From: a virus
Lineage: Duplodnaviria > Caudoviricetes
Strand: one strand, 5' to 3'
Length of the DNA stretch: 64,000 bases
Virus record (IMG/VR): IMGVR_UViG_3300012020_000003
Span: 46,556-110,555 of that record
Shown piece by piece: positions 19,614 to 30,334 of this stretch (positions are counted from its first letter, which is position 1; each line of letters begins with the position of its first letter). The position numbers and the translations under genes were made by a program. Under the pieces are notes generated by a model. It ran no database searches. It was not told where the DNA came from and saw only the letters and a list, made by a program, of their open reading frames with translations.

Positions 19614-19841
19614 TTATTTAATAGTATCTCCTATATTATATAAATGCGTTGTATAAAATGAAAAATATCTTGGTCCAGCGAATATCGATGGTTTATAATC
19701 AATGCTTTTTACCGTTATCCTATATCCATCGGGTCTTGTGTGTTCTTGGATTTCCGATACCTGACATGGACATAAGACATTAGTGGAATTCGTTGTACAA
19801 CTGGAGATAAAGAATATTATTAATATTAAAATGTATTTCAT
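19614..19841 (-). CDS. Putative lipoprotein
   Basis: MKYILILIIFFISSC lipobox. Confidence 0.55.
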   Translation of the reverse strand: MKYILILIIFFISSCTTNSTNVLCPCQVSEIQEHTRPDGYRITVKSIDYKPSIFAGPRYFSFYTTHLYNIGDTIK

Positions 19842-19993
19842 ATTATTGATTTATTTTTAAAAATATTAAATATCTGAATTGATAATAATACTTATCTACA
19901 CCACTATGATCTTTGCCGCATTGTTTTGCTCTGTATTCATAGTTACCTATTCTTACTACTTTCATTATATGTTGTTTTGTTGCTGTGAAAAAT

Positions 19994-20380
19994 TTACAAT
20001 AAGCCCAATGCGTATATCAAACCTGCTTCTAATGCAGTTTCATACTTATCAAAATATTGCCCATTGGCATCTTTGCTAATGAATTCCCATTCTCCCCTAT
20101 CAGGGCATTGTATCTCAACTTCCCAAGCTATGAAATCTGTCGTTGGAGTTATTACTATTGGCGTAGGTAATTCCCGTAACCATTTTTGTAATAAACCTTG
20201 TGTTGGTGCAGAATAATTATCCCACTCATTGTGATTATATTTATCATTATCTCCATCTTCACCACTACTAAATTGTATTGTACTATCTGGCAAAAAGCAA
20301 TAAAATGTTTTGTAATCAAAACCTTTTTCTTTTGCTAGCATTGCTGCCTTGAAACTTATTAATTGTTCGTCTTGTCGCAT
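19994..20380 (-). CDS. Conserved phage protein (A..LKEKGF...APT...WLRE family)
   Basis: Paralog of the adjacent ORF 20359-20763. Confidence 0.6.
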   Translation of the reverse strand: MRQDEQLISFKAAMLAKEKGFDYKTFYCFLPDSTIQFSSGEDGDNDKYNHNEWDNYSAPTQGLLQKWLRELPTPIVITPTTDFIAWEVEIQCPDRGEWEFISKDANGQYFDKYETALEAGLIYALGLL

Positions 20381-20736
20381 ATTTTTATTAATTTTTTAAG
20401 ACATTCTAATTCTGCTTCTTCGTAGATTTTATAATTACCTATTATTGAAATACTGTGTTTTTCTTGGTGTATTCTACTTTCATATAAATCCGAATATCCC
20501 TGCTCACATACTAATGGAATAATGCAACATTTTAACTTATACTTCTCTCTAAACCATCTAAATGCTTGTTGATAAAGTGGTGCTGCTACAGAATTTCCAA
20601 TATGAATTTTTTCTTTATTTCCGTGATTATAAAATAATTCTTTAGTATCATCAAAAAAATCTAAGCAAGGCTCATTAAAACCTAATTTCTTTAAAGCTAA
20701 TGCTTGTTCGTATGGTATGAATTCTTGTTTTATCAT
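20359..20736 (-). CDS. Conserved phage protein (same family)
   Basis: EQALALKKLGF...APLYQQAFRWFREK...YEEAE. Confidence 0.6.
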   Translation of the reverse strand: MIKQEFIPYEQALALKKLGFNEPCLDFFDDTKELFYNHGNKEKIHIGNSVAAPLYQQAFRWFREKYKLKCCIIPLVCEQGYSDLYESRIHQEKHSISIIGNYKIYEEAELECLKKLIKICDKTNN

Positions 20737-21187
20737 GACATTAATTTCCAATGACTGATTCAAAGTGTTTAATTAGATTATAGGTTTCGTGGTTGATGGC
20801 TCGCAATATATTGATTTCTTCCCATAGAAGGTCGGTTAAACAACTGGCATTCTCCATTTTAGGTTCAGTTTGTCCTGGACCATTGGCGAATGGCTTTATA
20901 ACATTTGCTATCGATTTTAATCTAATTACATTCTCTTGGGCATTAGCATTTTCATTGGAGATACTTTCTATAATTCTTATGAATTCAGGTCTATCATCCG
21001 TACATGGGCTTCCCGTCAGTGTTGTCATCTTTTGTGCTTCTTCTGTGTACATTTTATTTGATTTATTATAAGGTGTTTAAATATCGTTTTGACTCTATCC
21101 AAAAGAGTTCTATACCTTGCGCTACTCGACTATCTGGAATATCCCCTACTTTAATATTTTCGACAATTATGTTGCCGTTAGTTGTTG

Positions 21188-22354
21188 TCATTTCTTGATA
21201 TTATTTTTAACTATTTCTGTTAATTCATTTGCTAACTTAGTTAATGCCAGCGCAGAATTATCTTGAATATACTTACCAAAAACGGGCAACATTTCATTGA
21301 CGCTTAAGCAAGGTTTATTTAGTAATATGTATGATTCTGCGCTTTCTTTGGTTGAAAAAGTTTTGCACGTTCTGGGATTTGTATAAGATCCCCAGCTGGT
21401 CTCTGTCGGGCAAACAAATGGCCCTTTATATACCAAATCACCTATTATCACTGAGTGATAAGTATCACCTGCGAAAACTAATACTCCATCGTATGTTGTG
21501 AACATTGGAGTTACTTTGTTTAAGTGTTCTAAGTTTATCCATTTTCCCAAGCCTGGATGGTCATGGACAAATGTCAATTTGCCCGTGCCTTTATCTGCAG
21601 GGGCACATTCAAATTCAATTTCCTTTAATGTGAATGAACCTGAGTTTAGATTTGTAGTATCAATCAGTTTATCACCAATGGTAAAAACTTCAGAATCCGA
21701 CAAACGTTTAACAGAGTGAATACTCCATATACCTTTACTAAGTTGATTTAAAGCATGATCTGCAGACCATCCACCATACATACCATTATGTTGTAGATTG
21801 GCGAACCAATGATCATTCCCAGGAATCTTAAAACTCAATATTTCATAACTTTTAGACTTAACTACATCACGAAGCAACTCTACGATTTGGTTTTCACGGC
21901 TTCTTACCAAAATCGTATCAACCGATGAAATGAATAAATTATCAATTGAAAAAGGAGAATAATGGCATTCACCATTATATTTTACAATATCACCAATGGT
22001 AAAAATCTCGCCATCGGACATGCGTTTAACGGAATGTATAATAATTTTGTGGTCTGGCCACTCAAGTTCAAGTTCATCGATAGTTCGATATTTTGGCAGA
22101 CCGTCACCAGACCACAAATATTTGCCATCTTTATATGAATCCGATGGCTTACCATCTTTTCCTACTCTAACCGATACTATCTCATACCTATTATCTATGA
22201 TCAGCTGCCAAAATTTTGGATTAGACTCAACATATTCCTTGGAATAAAATGCTTTATTGTCTACGCAATACATGCCAGTTTCTCGATAAAAACTGGCAAT
22301 CTTTCCTAAATCAGGAGATCCCGGATAGGTTTCAATTAATTTATATTGTTTCAT
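21188..22354 (-). CDS. Hypothetical protein with an internal domain repeat
   Basis: YEI.S...IHSVKR.SD.E.FTIGD occurs twice. Confidence 0.7.
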   Translation of the reverse strand: MKQYKLIETYPGSPDLGKIASFYRETGMYCVDNKAFYSKEYVESNPKFWQLIIDNRYEIVSVRVGKDGKPSDSYKDGKYLWSGDGLPKYRTIDELELEWPDHKIIIHSVKRMSDGEIFTIGDIVKYNGECHYSPFSIDNLFISSVDTILVRSRENQIVELLRDVVKSKSYEILSFKIPGNDHWFANLQHNGMYGGWSADHALNQLSKGIWSIHSVKRLSDSEVFTIGDKLIDTTNLNSGSFTLKEIEFECAPADKGTGKLTFVHDHPGLGKWINLEHLNKVTPMFTTYDGVLVFAGDTYHSVIIGDLVYKGPFVCPTETSWGSYTNPRTCKTFSTKESAESYILLNKPCLSVNEMLPVFGKYIQDNSALALTKLANELTEIVKNNIKK

Positions 22355-23083
22355 TTTATTGAATTTCTGTTAAAGGTTTTTCTTTGATTAATCGTAAGTT
22401 ATCTATTCGCACCGATTCAGTATTATCGAAAGAATGCTTGCCATTTAAAAGTCGTTCGATTAATTTTAAATTAAGAAAAAACGTTTTCTTTATCTTTTGT
22501 ATGGGCAAAAGCAATTCTAAATAAATTTAAAATCCCGTGTGTTTGTGTTTTATGGAGTCCGTCAATTTCCAACTGCTTCAATTCTATGGCTCTCTTAGAA
22601 TTATTCTCAATTAATGCGTTCGATGCTTCAAGATCCACCACTCGGGCTTGTAATTGAGTAAGACGAATCTGATCTTTATTCCAATCATCATATTTTATAG
22701 TGACGGTTTCGGGCTTACTCATTTATTTACGAATGTTTTTAATTTAGTGATAAGACCATATACATCCTCGGTATTTGGCATATTTAATGTCCTGGCCATA
22801 TAATCCATTTTACTTAACATGTCATCATTTACTCTAGAGAGTATGTCATCAAATTCTTCAACTATTCTAGCATTGGCAAACTCAGGATGTATTTTGTATT
22901 TTATATGGGCAAGATGCATAATTTCCAGGAAGTTTGGATCAGCATCTTCTGGTCCAGGCGTATAGCATATTCTTATTGGTGCTCCTTGTTTATACGCACC
23001 AAAGCCATTGGTGTTTTTCATAGATTGATAAAACTGGTACCAGGTTTTAAATTGTGGTGGCAATTCATTTAATTTCATAAGCA

Positions 23084-23944
23084 TTATTTTATTGAGTTCT
23101 TTTTAAATTGTTCAACCCATTTTTCAACATCATTTTGCATTATTTGTGCTGATATATTATCGCCATATTGATTTAAAAATTCTTTTATAATACTTGGTAT
23201 TCTTTCGGATTGCCATTTAGCACCATCTTCAAAACCATGCTTATATGTAGTCTTGTGTGGTGTAGTAAAAGTTCCTGCTTGCGATTCAGAATGTTTTTCA
23301 GCAGCTTCTTCAAGAGTTTCTTGTTTAAGTTCTACTAAATGTCTTACTCTATTTTGACAACCATTTTCATCACAATAATTCATTGTACATTTTTCATCTG
23401 GTGTTTCACAGAATGAATGTGGTTCAGGTTCTTCTTTTTTTGGGGTAATGATCTCTTTTGGATTTATTCTATAACCATCACAATAAATAATAATTTCTTC
23501 AGTTATGCTATCAGGATAAGCTATTAAATAAATTGGTTTATCGTTATAACCTCTACAATTTCCATTATCACAAAACTGTTGCTCACAATTTTCACATAAT
23601 CTTATTAAAGGTGTTGGTATATACTTACAATTTGGGTTCTTGCAAAACCATTCTAAAAATTCATCATCGATAGCTTGAACACCATCTTTGATTAAGCCAG
23701 GGTCGGTAGTTAAGATGATTTTTTTAGACTCGGTGAATTTCGAACAAAGTTTATGATAACTTTCTTTATAAAGAACCGTATTACCATGAATGCACCAGTT
23801 TCCGTCCTTAATTTTTTCAGTAGAAGTGATATATAAATGGTGGGGTACGCCCAGTAAAGGGTTGGCATGTAATCTACCATCAGGTGTAATACTTAAAGTA
23901 CCAATATATTGATTACCTGATGGTAATATGTGTATATTATTCAT
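23084..23944 (-). CDS. Conserved phage hypothetical protein with Cys-rich modules
   Basis: KKIILTTD..LIKDGVQAIDDEFLEWF and ETLEEAAE motifs; two Cys4 clusters. Confidence 0.65.
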   Translation of the reverse strand: MNNIHILPSGNQYIGTLSITPDGRLHANPLLGVPHHLYITSTEKIKDGNWCIHGNTVLYKESYHKLCSKFTESKKIILTTDPGLIKDGVQAIDDEFLEWFCKNPNCKYIPTPLIRLCENCEQQFCDNGNCRGYNDKPIYLIAYPDSITEEIIIYCDGYRINPKEIITPKKEEPEPHSFCETPDEKCTMNYCDENGCQNRVRHLVELKQETLEEAAEKHSESQAGTFTTPHKTTYKHGFEDGAKWQSERIPSIIKEFLNQYGDNISAQIMQNDVEKWVEQFKKNSIK

Positions 23945-24499
23945 GTCAATACAATATTTTGTTATCGGATCCTATACAGAATATACCTTCACTTGACGAA
24001 TTCCTTGAAATTTTAGGATCAACCCGTTTGACATCAATTTCCGTTCCTTCAAAACCTAAACCGGTCTTAGGATCTCTGTATTCTTTAAGGAATTTATCTA
24101 TTATTTCAGTGATGTGACCTTCATTATAATTAATAAAAGGGCTGACTGTTTTAATTTTAATCTTATATAAGGTCGCCATAATTATCAGGGATAAATTTGA
24201 TACATTATAAATGGAATTTTCGATTGCAGATCCATTGCATTGTAAATATCAGTCTTACCAACATAAGTGCACATGCAATCAATGTCGCCGTAATCATCAA
24301 TTTCTTTTGGTGCCACCTGTATTACATGTCTGTAAACTTCCCAATATTTATCTTGTTTTGCCAATAATTTCCAAAGTGGGTCAATATCTTCTTCCTTTTC
24401 AACAAGAATAATTCCGTGGAGTTTAGGCTGCCAACTTGTGCACCCTATAAATTTCTGCGGTTTAATAATTATGTCGAACATATTTACAATTTTATACCA

Positions 24500-24561
24500 C
24501 AAAGTTAAATGATTTTTTGTTACGAAGTTAAACTATTCACGACTTTAACAAATCATTAACA
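24500..24561 (-). promoter_or_regulatory. Promoter with direct-repeat box
   Basis: CAAAGTTA 24500-24507, 37-nt gap, TTAACA 24545 and 24556. Confidence 0.75.
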
Positions 24562-25697
24562 CTTTAAATGAACCAGATCTTTGCCTTGCCACCTAAATAA
24601 GTTTTATTGACATATTTAGCAGCTACAATTGCATCTTGTTTGTATTGAAATAACAAATGGTTACATTGGGCAGGTTCTATAGGATGTCTAAAATGGAACG
24701 ATATATCATCGAAGTTAATTTCTGCAAACTTCGCAGGTTTATAATATTCATACGAATCTGAAATTTCAGCTCTCCATGCTTTAGATGGGGAATCATCTCT
24801 GTAGATTATGATAGGAAGCTGAGTTAATAATGAATCATTCATTCAATTTAACATTTAGCCAATCACGTAATATTATGGTTTCTTCAGTTGATAAATGGTA
24901 TTTAGCTCCTTCAACTTTATTAGATATTTGTAGATAATACCCATGTTCCGTTTTTAACACACGCAATTCATTTGATAGTTCATCAAATTTTTCAAAAGAT
25001 ATTAGATGAGAATTTTGTGAAAAATCAAAGAAATCAGAAATAAATGCAACGCCAGGAATTTCTTCAAGACTTATAAGTGTTAAAAATCTTTCATACTCTA
25101 TGTTGCTGATTGTGTATAAGGTACCAACGGTAAGATATCTTTGTGCATTAATACTACCATGTACATAACATGGTATTTTAATTATTTTACATTTGATTTT
25201 GTCTCCTGGAGAATATTGCATATTACCACAATTTATAAATAATTACCAACTGATTTTATTTAATGGAGAGTCATCAATACTTTGAACTTTGTAATCAAAC
25301 TCAAGCAACGTCTGTAATACTTCTGTATGTAAATTATTAAACCAAATATACCTTCCACCTCGGCTCGCTTCGGCTAATATTAAGTCCATAATTATGCCCC
25401 ATTGTTTGTCAGCATTATCATACTGTTCGCTTAGATTTCTTGCTTCCTGTGCTGTCATGACAGTATTATTATTGGAATATCACCATCGTTTAGCTCCCAA
25501 GATTTAAATTTATATGGATATCCGTCAAATGCATCTCTGGTTGTAACTGAAGTTTGTCTTCCTGTATTATACTGAGTAACTCCAGATAATGAAACTAATT
25601 TCCCATTATGTTCAAAATTCGATGATCGTATTACTATCTCAGCATCGCCATTTAACAATTCAAGTTGTTTGATTAATTCATCTTTTGTCATGGTAAT

Positions 25698-26018
25698 TTA
25701 TTTAAATTTCGCAATGCACCAGTCAATGAATTGCATTCTTATTGAATAACGTTCATCTCTGGTGGTAGATACGAATGTAGTGAACAATATATAGTTAAAC
25801 ATATATGGTTTCTCCGGAAGTTCAAATATCGTTTTAGTTACAGTAAGAAATTCTCTAGCCAATTCAATTATTATAGATTTACCCGGAATCTCGGCATTCC
25901 ATACTTTATTGAATAAAATTGAATTATCACAAATGAATGGAGTTCCTGGATAAATAGGATAGGTTGTTATCATTTGTTCTTTGACAGTTTGCCAAAATTT
26001 GCTGGTGGATACTTCCAT
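25698..26018 (-). CDS. Paralog family protein
   Basis: FWQTVKE, FICDNS and RMQFIDWCIAKFK motifs. Confidence 0.65.
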   Translation of the reverse strand: MEVSTSKFWQTVKEQMITTYPIYPGTPFICDNSILFNKVWNAEIPGKSIIIELAREFLTVTKTIFELPEKPYMFNYILFTTFVSTTRDERYSIRMQFIDWCIAKFK

Positions 26019-26050
26019 AATTTACTCTTAATACTCGTTATTCTTATTTG

Positions 26051-26126
26051 CGCGGTGTATAGGAATCGAACCTATTAACAGCGGACCCAATGTCCGTATG
26101 CACGACCATCATACATCAAACACCGC
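26051..26126 (-). tRNA. tRNA-like gene with ambiguous anticodon (Gln TTG or Pro TGG), possibly pseudo
   Basis: Acceptor GCGGTGT/ACACCGC, T arm ATAGG-TTCGATT-CCTAT, anticodon arm CGGAC-ATTGG-GTCCG with a non-canonical loop. Confidence 0.65.
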
Positions 26127-26219
26127 AATCAAGAAGACCAGTCAGAAATTAGTGTCGACAAATTCCTTAGGCTATGTGATCCATCATCTTGTTAGGATCG
26201 GGTGATCATTCCGATCTTT

Positions 26220-26292
26220 GCTGGTTAATAGGGAATCCAACCCTAATCCTGAGCTCCAGTAACGGCCTCTGTGCAACGTACACCATAACCAA
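26220..26292 (-). tRNA. Degenerate tRNA-like element
   Basis: TGGTTA/TAACCA acceptor, GTG/CAC D stem, TAGGG-TTGGATT-CCCTA T arm; irregular anticodon arm. Confidence 0.45.
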
Positions 26293-26340
26293 TCGGCGTT
26301 TTCGAACACGCCATTTCCGGATTAATTACTTCCGTTTTTG

Positions 26341-26441
26341 TAGTCAGGACAGGATTCGAACCTGTATGAGTTGACGGTATTAACCTTCCTTTTCAACTCT
26401 ATCTACCAACCGTTAGCGTCTATCAATTCCGCCACCTGACT
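26341..26441 (-). ncRNA. Leu-type tRNA-like RNA with no canonical anticodon arm
   Basis: Acceptor AGTCAGG/CCTGACT plus A discriminator, D arm GGCGGAATTGATAGACGC, T arm ACAGG-TTCGAAT-CCTGT, long GAGTTGA/TCAACTC arm. Confidence 0.7.
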
Positions 26442-26697
26442 ATATAATAAAATATTGACCTACCAATCATAACCTATATACGCTTGAGTTACAATCCCAT
26501 TTTCCACGGCGAAACATTCGTATCTATTTTCACCATCCTTATTGCCTACTTCTTTTTCGGCTCCTCGATCAACGTATCGGTTGGAATGGTACAAGATTCG
26601 CCCGTAATTCGAATATTAAATTAGCCTTACCTAACGGAACGTACCCCGCATTATTAAGCTTCATTAATGCCATTCCTATTACCTTTGTAACATACAA

Positions 26698-26759
26698 CAA
26701 ATATACAATGTTTATATGAATAAACCAAGAATATGTTGAGTATTAACAATAAATTAACT
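26698..26759 (-). promoter_or_regulatory. Promoter with direct-repeat box, upstream of the RNA cluster
   Basis: CAAATATA 26698-26705, 37-nt gap, TTAACA 26743, TTAACT 26754. Confidence 0.75.
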
Positions 26760-26797
26760 TCAAGTTAAGCTTACTGGTCTTTCATTTTTTAAATATT

Positions 26798-27406
26798 TTA
26801 TGCTAGCATTTTCGTTTGATACCATCTCACTCCATTTGCGAAATCTAAAATGCTGCATTCATGTGGGCTAATCTGGTCCGGATCAATGTTATTTATTTTG
26901 ACCCAAGCAGAAGCATAAGATCTGGCAGCGGCTTGCGTCGATAATCCAATCGTATTTTCCATCCATGTATTAATAAAAGGTTTATTACCTTTATTACCAT
27001 TAAAAGATGCGGCAAAATCAGAAATTGCACAGAACACTGCTTCAGTTTGATCTAATCGTGTCACTTCTATGACTTTTGTTTTATGGGCATCGTCCCAAAT
27101 TGTTACCCATGTATCCTTGTTAAATCCATCAACTGGTTTATGCATCAGCCGACGACCAAAATCTACTTGATACCCATTCGACTCTATGAAAAGTTTAGCA
27201 TCCATTAATTTGTTCCAATCTTCATGAAATTTCAAATGGGAATTAAATCCTTTCCAATTTATATTATCTAATGCATCATTATCTTCTCGATAAGTCCCTT
27301 TAACCCACCAACCATAATTTTGATATGAATCAGCTGAATGGAGTTCGCTGATATATTCCCAACCTAGCATAATTGCTATTTGTGCGTTGCGTTCATTTGT
27401 ATCCAT
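26798..27406 (-). CDS. Phage ABA-sandwich-like hypothetical protein
   Basis: N..IA..LGW and F..DWN.LM motifs. Confidence 0.5.
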   Translation of the reverse strand: MDTNERNAQIAIMLGWEYISELHSADSYQNYGWWVKGTYREDNDALDNINWKGFNSHLKFHEDWNKLMDAKLFIESNGYQVDFGRRLMHKPVDGFNKDTWVTIWDDAHKTKVIEVTRLDQTEAVFCAISDFAASFNGNKGNKPFINTWMENTIGLSTQAAARSYASAWVKINNIDPDQISPHECSILDFANGVRWYQTKMLA

Positions 27407-27739
27407 GTGTAACCAAATTATATAGGTGTTTTATATATTCATTAGCAAAATCTACTTCTTCATCTGGAATAACCACCATTGTTTGAATCTTGCCTTCAAG
27501 CAATTTTAAAATTTTTGGTTTTAACTTTTTAATTTGTATAAATATCAGAAACAAATTTGGATAGTCGATAATTATTTTGGTCACCTTAATATTATGGTTA
27601 CTACAAAAATCTATAAAGTGTTGCAAAGATGTGCCATCTTTGAAATTTATATAAATGGTTTGCATAATTCTGCTTTATATCTCCAACCAATAAGAATTTT
27701 GTTGGAACATTTACAATTTCGATTTTCATAATAACCAGT

Positions 27740-28423
27740 TTAAAATATTTTAGGTATAAATCCACCTTGGACACATCCCGGAATAGGTAACATACAATCA
27801 CCTGCTACATCAGATCCTAAGGCAGCAATTCCACGATACCAATACTTTTTATATGGCTCTTGAATTTTTGCAACTTGAATTAATGCATGTAGTCCACCTC
27901 GAGTTTCAATGAATACTATCGCATCTTCATTAATCAATTCGCATATCTCATTCTTCAATTTACTGATCGTGGATTTATCTTTCAAATCAAAGTCAAAATC
28001 AACATAATACTTACTTCCAGGAGATTTTTGAATTGCACTTAGTGCTTCTTGCTGGACATTGTATCCATGAGCATTGTCAGCTATAAGGTCGGCAAGCTTT
28101 TTAAGTAATACCTTGGCTGCTTTAGTTTGTGATCGCGGGTTTGGATGAATATAAACAACTAATGATTCTTGTGGCACTTCTCTATCGCCAAGAGAATAAT
28201 TACCAACTTTTATTTCTAATTGTCTTAATTTTGAAATCAAATTACTCTTGTTACAAGTCAAACGTTTCAATTGTGTTTTGTCGTTAGACCATATCAGTTC
28301 AGGACAATATTTTTTTCTCGCAAATAACGAAACATAGAAGCATTCGTCTTGTTTTAGATTTGGTAAGACAGTGTCCATGAAATAAATAAGCATTTGCTCA
28401 TCTTCTATTATTTTATAATTCAT
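27740..28423 (-). CDS. AEP/PrimPol-fold-like protein
   Basis: VDFDFD acidic motif and ETRGGLH His motif. Confidence 0.45.
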   Translation of the reverse strand: MNYKIIEDEQMLIYFMDTVLPNLKQDECFYVSLFARKKYCPELIWSNDKTQLKRLTCNKSNLISKLRQLEIKVGNYSLGDREVPQESLVVYIHPNPRSQTKAAKVLLKKLADLIADNAHGYNVQQEALSAIQKSPGSKYYVDFDFDLKDKSTISKLKNEICELINEDAIVFIETRGGLHALIQVAKIQEPYKKYWYRGIAALGSDVAGDCMLPIPGCVQGGFIPKIF

Positions 28424-28852
28424 ATTAGGTTAATGTTCAATGTATGAAACTTCAATCTTATAAATATAAGCATATTCCAATTCATATATCCCAGCTACGT
28501 CGAGTGCTTCGTCAATTGAATCAAATATTTTTAATTTTTACCGGCGTTATCCTTCCAAAAATCCATCGGCTGGATTGTTTGGAATTACGATAACAAATTT
28601 TTCCTGTATTATAGTCAAGCATCTAAATCGGATATATCGTATGCAAATTTGTGCATGTTATATTAGATTGTGATTGAAATTAATTGCGCTTCTCTTCCAA
28701 GAAACTCGTTTTCCCAAATCTTTTTGGTTGTAGCAATGGCTGTTTCAGGCGAATTTGCCCAAATATTCAAAACATCAGATATTTCTATTCCGAAATCGGT
28801 ATATTTTAATTTGCATTCAAAATGTACTATCATATCTTTAATTTTATTACCA

Positions 28853-28914
28853 CAAAGTTATAAAATTATTTAATATAAAATGTAATTCAATGATAGTTTA
28901 ACAAAAATTTAACA
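28853..28914 (-). promoter_or_regulatory. Promoter with direct-repeat box
   Basis: CAAAGTTA 28853-28860, 37-nt gap, TTAACA 28898 and 28909. Confidence 0.75.
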
Positions 28915-29297
28915 TTATCCAATCAATAATTCGTTTGACAGCTGGCTTCTTCTGAATTGGAGGGTTACAACCAGAATCAATTAATTTTTGTCGTGCTAAC
29001 TTTAAAATATTTATTCTTAATATCGTTTCATTGGCGCTTTTTTTATAAAATGGATTACGCAATTTACCAGGCAATTCGTGCTCACACCCTATCTCATTGG
29101 CAGCATCTAAAATTAGTAATTCTTCAAAAATCATCCATATATCACTAGCCCGAATTTCCTTTGGCCAAACTGGCTGGCAGCATAAATATACAGAATCATG
29201 TGAAGATTTCTTACGGACAGACGACAATAATTTATCAACCTGTTCAATTTTATTATAAGACTTCCCATTATATGTAAAATTATCCATATATTTATTT

Positions 29298-29888
29298 TTA
29301 TATGTTACAAATTTCACTACACCATTTAATATATGCACTTCCAGGCATCCATTTCCAATGATCCAATGAAAATACATCATTGTTCATAATGATTGGATAT
29401 GAATGGGTAGCAATAATATATTGAACTTGGGTGGTCGTTTTTATTTTTTTGTTGAACCTGATTTGGTTTGATATTGATAATCCAGCTTCGGGTTCATCCA
29501 GTATTAATACGGCGGGTTCGTCAACTATTATATCAATGACCAGCTCTTCCAATACTTCACCATGTGATTTAAACCGAGCAGCGACAGCATTTGCAAATCC
29601 ATAACCAATGCTATAACCATTGACATCAGAATATGTTTGTGGATCTGTTATCCTTGGATTATCCAATTCAGAATTGAAATAGAAAGTATCTATATTACGG
29701 CACCTATCAGTCAGTTCTACTGATATTCCGGGATCGTTTTTTCTTAACATCGAAAGAAGAGTCGATTTTCCTGTTCCCTGGCCGCCTACGATTACGGTTA
29801 ACGGCTTTAATTTAATTGCCTGTGTTCTTAGTACATGTGATCCAGGATAACTTCTTGTGTCTAATATTTTAATTACATCGGCGTACAT
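29298..29888 (-). CDS. Stand-alone ABC-type ATPase
   Basis: GGQGTGKST, SHGE signature, ILDEPEAGLS, IIATHS. Confidence 0.85.
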   Translation of the reverse strand: MYADVIKILDTRSYPGSHVLRTQAIKLKPLTVIVGGQGTGKSTLLSMLRKNDPGISVELTDRCRNIDTFYFNSELDNPRITDPQTYSDVNGYSIGYGFANAVAARFKSHGEVLEELVIDIIVDEPAVLILDEPEAGLSISNQIRFNKKIKTTTQVQYIIATHSYPIIMNNDVFSLDHWKWMPGSAYIKWCSEICNI

Positions 29889-30334
29889 TTTATTCTATTT
29901 TCATTTTTACATTTTGATTCCATGCTGTCAGATGGGTGTGTATCCGCTCAGCTAAATCGTATATATATTTAGATGTATCTCGTTTTTTAAAAAACATGTT
30001 ATCTGATAAAAAATTAATAGAATCAATCATTCGTTGATATATGGGAATTACTAAGTCATCGCATTTAAGACCATATTTTATAATTTGGTCTTCCAATGGT
30101 TTTTTTAACTTAATTTTTATTTTTTTATCTTTCATTGTTTAAACCCAATTTTAGTTTTTGAACCAGTAACACTAAATTCAAATTCACTGACCCAAGCAGT
30201 TTCATATTTTCCTTCGTAAAAATATCCAATTTGATACTGAACATATTCAGTTGATTGAATTGATGCCTGTACGATTTTTGCTCGAATGTTAGATATAGCG
30301 GTGTGTACAATTGTACCCGGTAGGTAAACTTCTA

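Noticed and set aside
21188-22354. Diversity-generating retroelement TR/VR pair
   Set aside because: The repeat is an in-frame protein domain duplication with mixed substitutions, and there is no reverse transcriptase in the window.
26488-26560. tmRNA tag-like frame (GENRYECFAVEMGL*)
   Set aside because: Only superficial similarity to Bacteroidota tags: no ALAA-type ending and no flanking tRNA-like domain with a G3-U70 pair.
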